64,000 bases of DNA, from assembly GCA_002633005.1 (NCBI GenBank), contig NMRA01000068.1, positions 160,453 through 224,452 on the forward strand. Direction: 5' to 3'. Below the pieces are notes generated by a model. That model worked only from the letters and a program-made list of their open reading frames with translations, did no database searches and was not told where the DNA came from. Position numbers and translations under genes: made by a program. The stretch comes from Phoronis australis. Taxonomy: Eukaryota > Animalia > Phoronida. Positions 63,269 to 64,000 of the stretch are shown piece after piece; position 1 is the stretch's first letter, and each line of letters starts with the position of its first letter.

Positions 63269-64000
63269 GTAAGTTTTCCTCATGTTCCTCAGCTAACAGG
63301 TCAATCATATTATGTTGCTACCTGGCCTTGAATCTTTGTGTGGACTAATTTTCTGTAAATTTGCATTTGCTGGGTGTTAGAACAAGTGTGTGGTTAGTCA
63401 ACTTGTAAACTGGGAGATGTCAAAATGGTTGAAAGTAAGATACAATGGGTTCAACCGAATACACTGATTTATAATATCGCAATCTTGAACAGTTTGAAAT
63501 ATCAACGCAATAAGCTGTGGTAGGTTTTCGTAAATAGATCAAACTTTGAACTGTTTAATTCCCTGTTTTGAATGGCAACAGTCTTGTAGTAAATGATATA
63601 CAAACTTTCAAGGCAACCCATGGCTAGTGCGGCAATTCTCAAGTTGTTCCGCACAAAAATGTTTACCAAAAGTTGTCAAATTTCCATGTTTAAAAGGCAC
63701 CTTTTTGCAAATAGTGAGCGCTTTTACCAAATATTGTTCTTTGACATCTACACGGTACAGATCGAGCTATAAATAATGGACTGGGCTTTTCTTAATACTG
63801 GAAAAATAAAACTTTGTGTGCCTGTCATGTTGGGTAAATAGTCTTTGAAGTATTATGGTGTCTCAGAATGTGCGTCAGATCTCATTCTTGACTTTATTTA
63901 TGCAACACAAGTTCTTTACCTTAATTGTAGTGGTCAAAACCTACATAATGTCAACAAGAGCAGGACTTGCATTTTCTTAAGGATGGATCTGACTACTGCC

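Overview
Eukaryotic (invertebrate, possibly lophotrochozoan; the taxon is inferred) genomic DNA with three intron-rich housekeeping genes: EXOSC7/RRP42 (+, first exon upstream of the window), DDX27/DRS1 (-, about 50 kb, with the exons for helicase motifs V-VI not visible near an N at 17015) and the first three exons of FEN1 (+). FEN1 is head-to-head with DDX27; DDX27 is tail-to-tail with EXOSC7. The 26-kb first intron of DDX27 holds a same-orientation cluster of three degenerate Ty3/gypsy LTR retrotransposons from two families with dissimilar LTRs. They share an unusual architecture: Gag with an N-terminal helix-hairpin-helix-like domain, a UUUAAAC plus pseudoknot -1 frameshift, integrase ending in a CFP1/BPTF-like PHD finger, and a third ORF in the env position encoding C2H2 finger + unknown domain + TatD-family nuclease. 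ORF3 appears to be made from a spliced mRNA that starts in the LTR. Also present: several tandem repeats that copy exon/intron junctions of the host genes, a nested RNase H-bearing LINE fragment, SINEs, MITEs and other transposon remnants.
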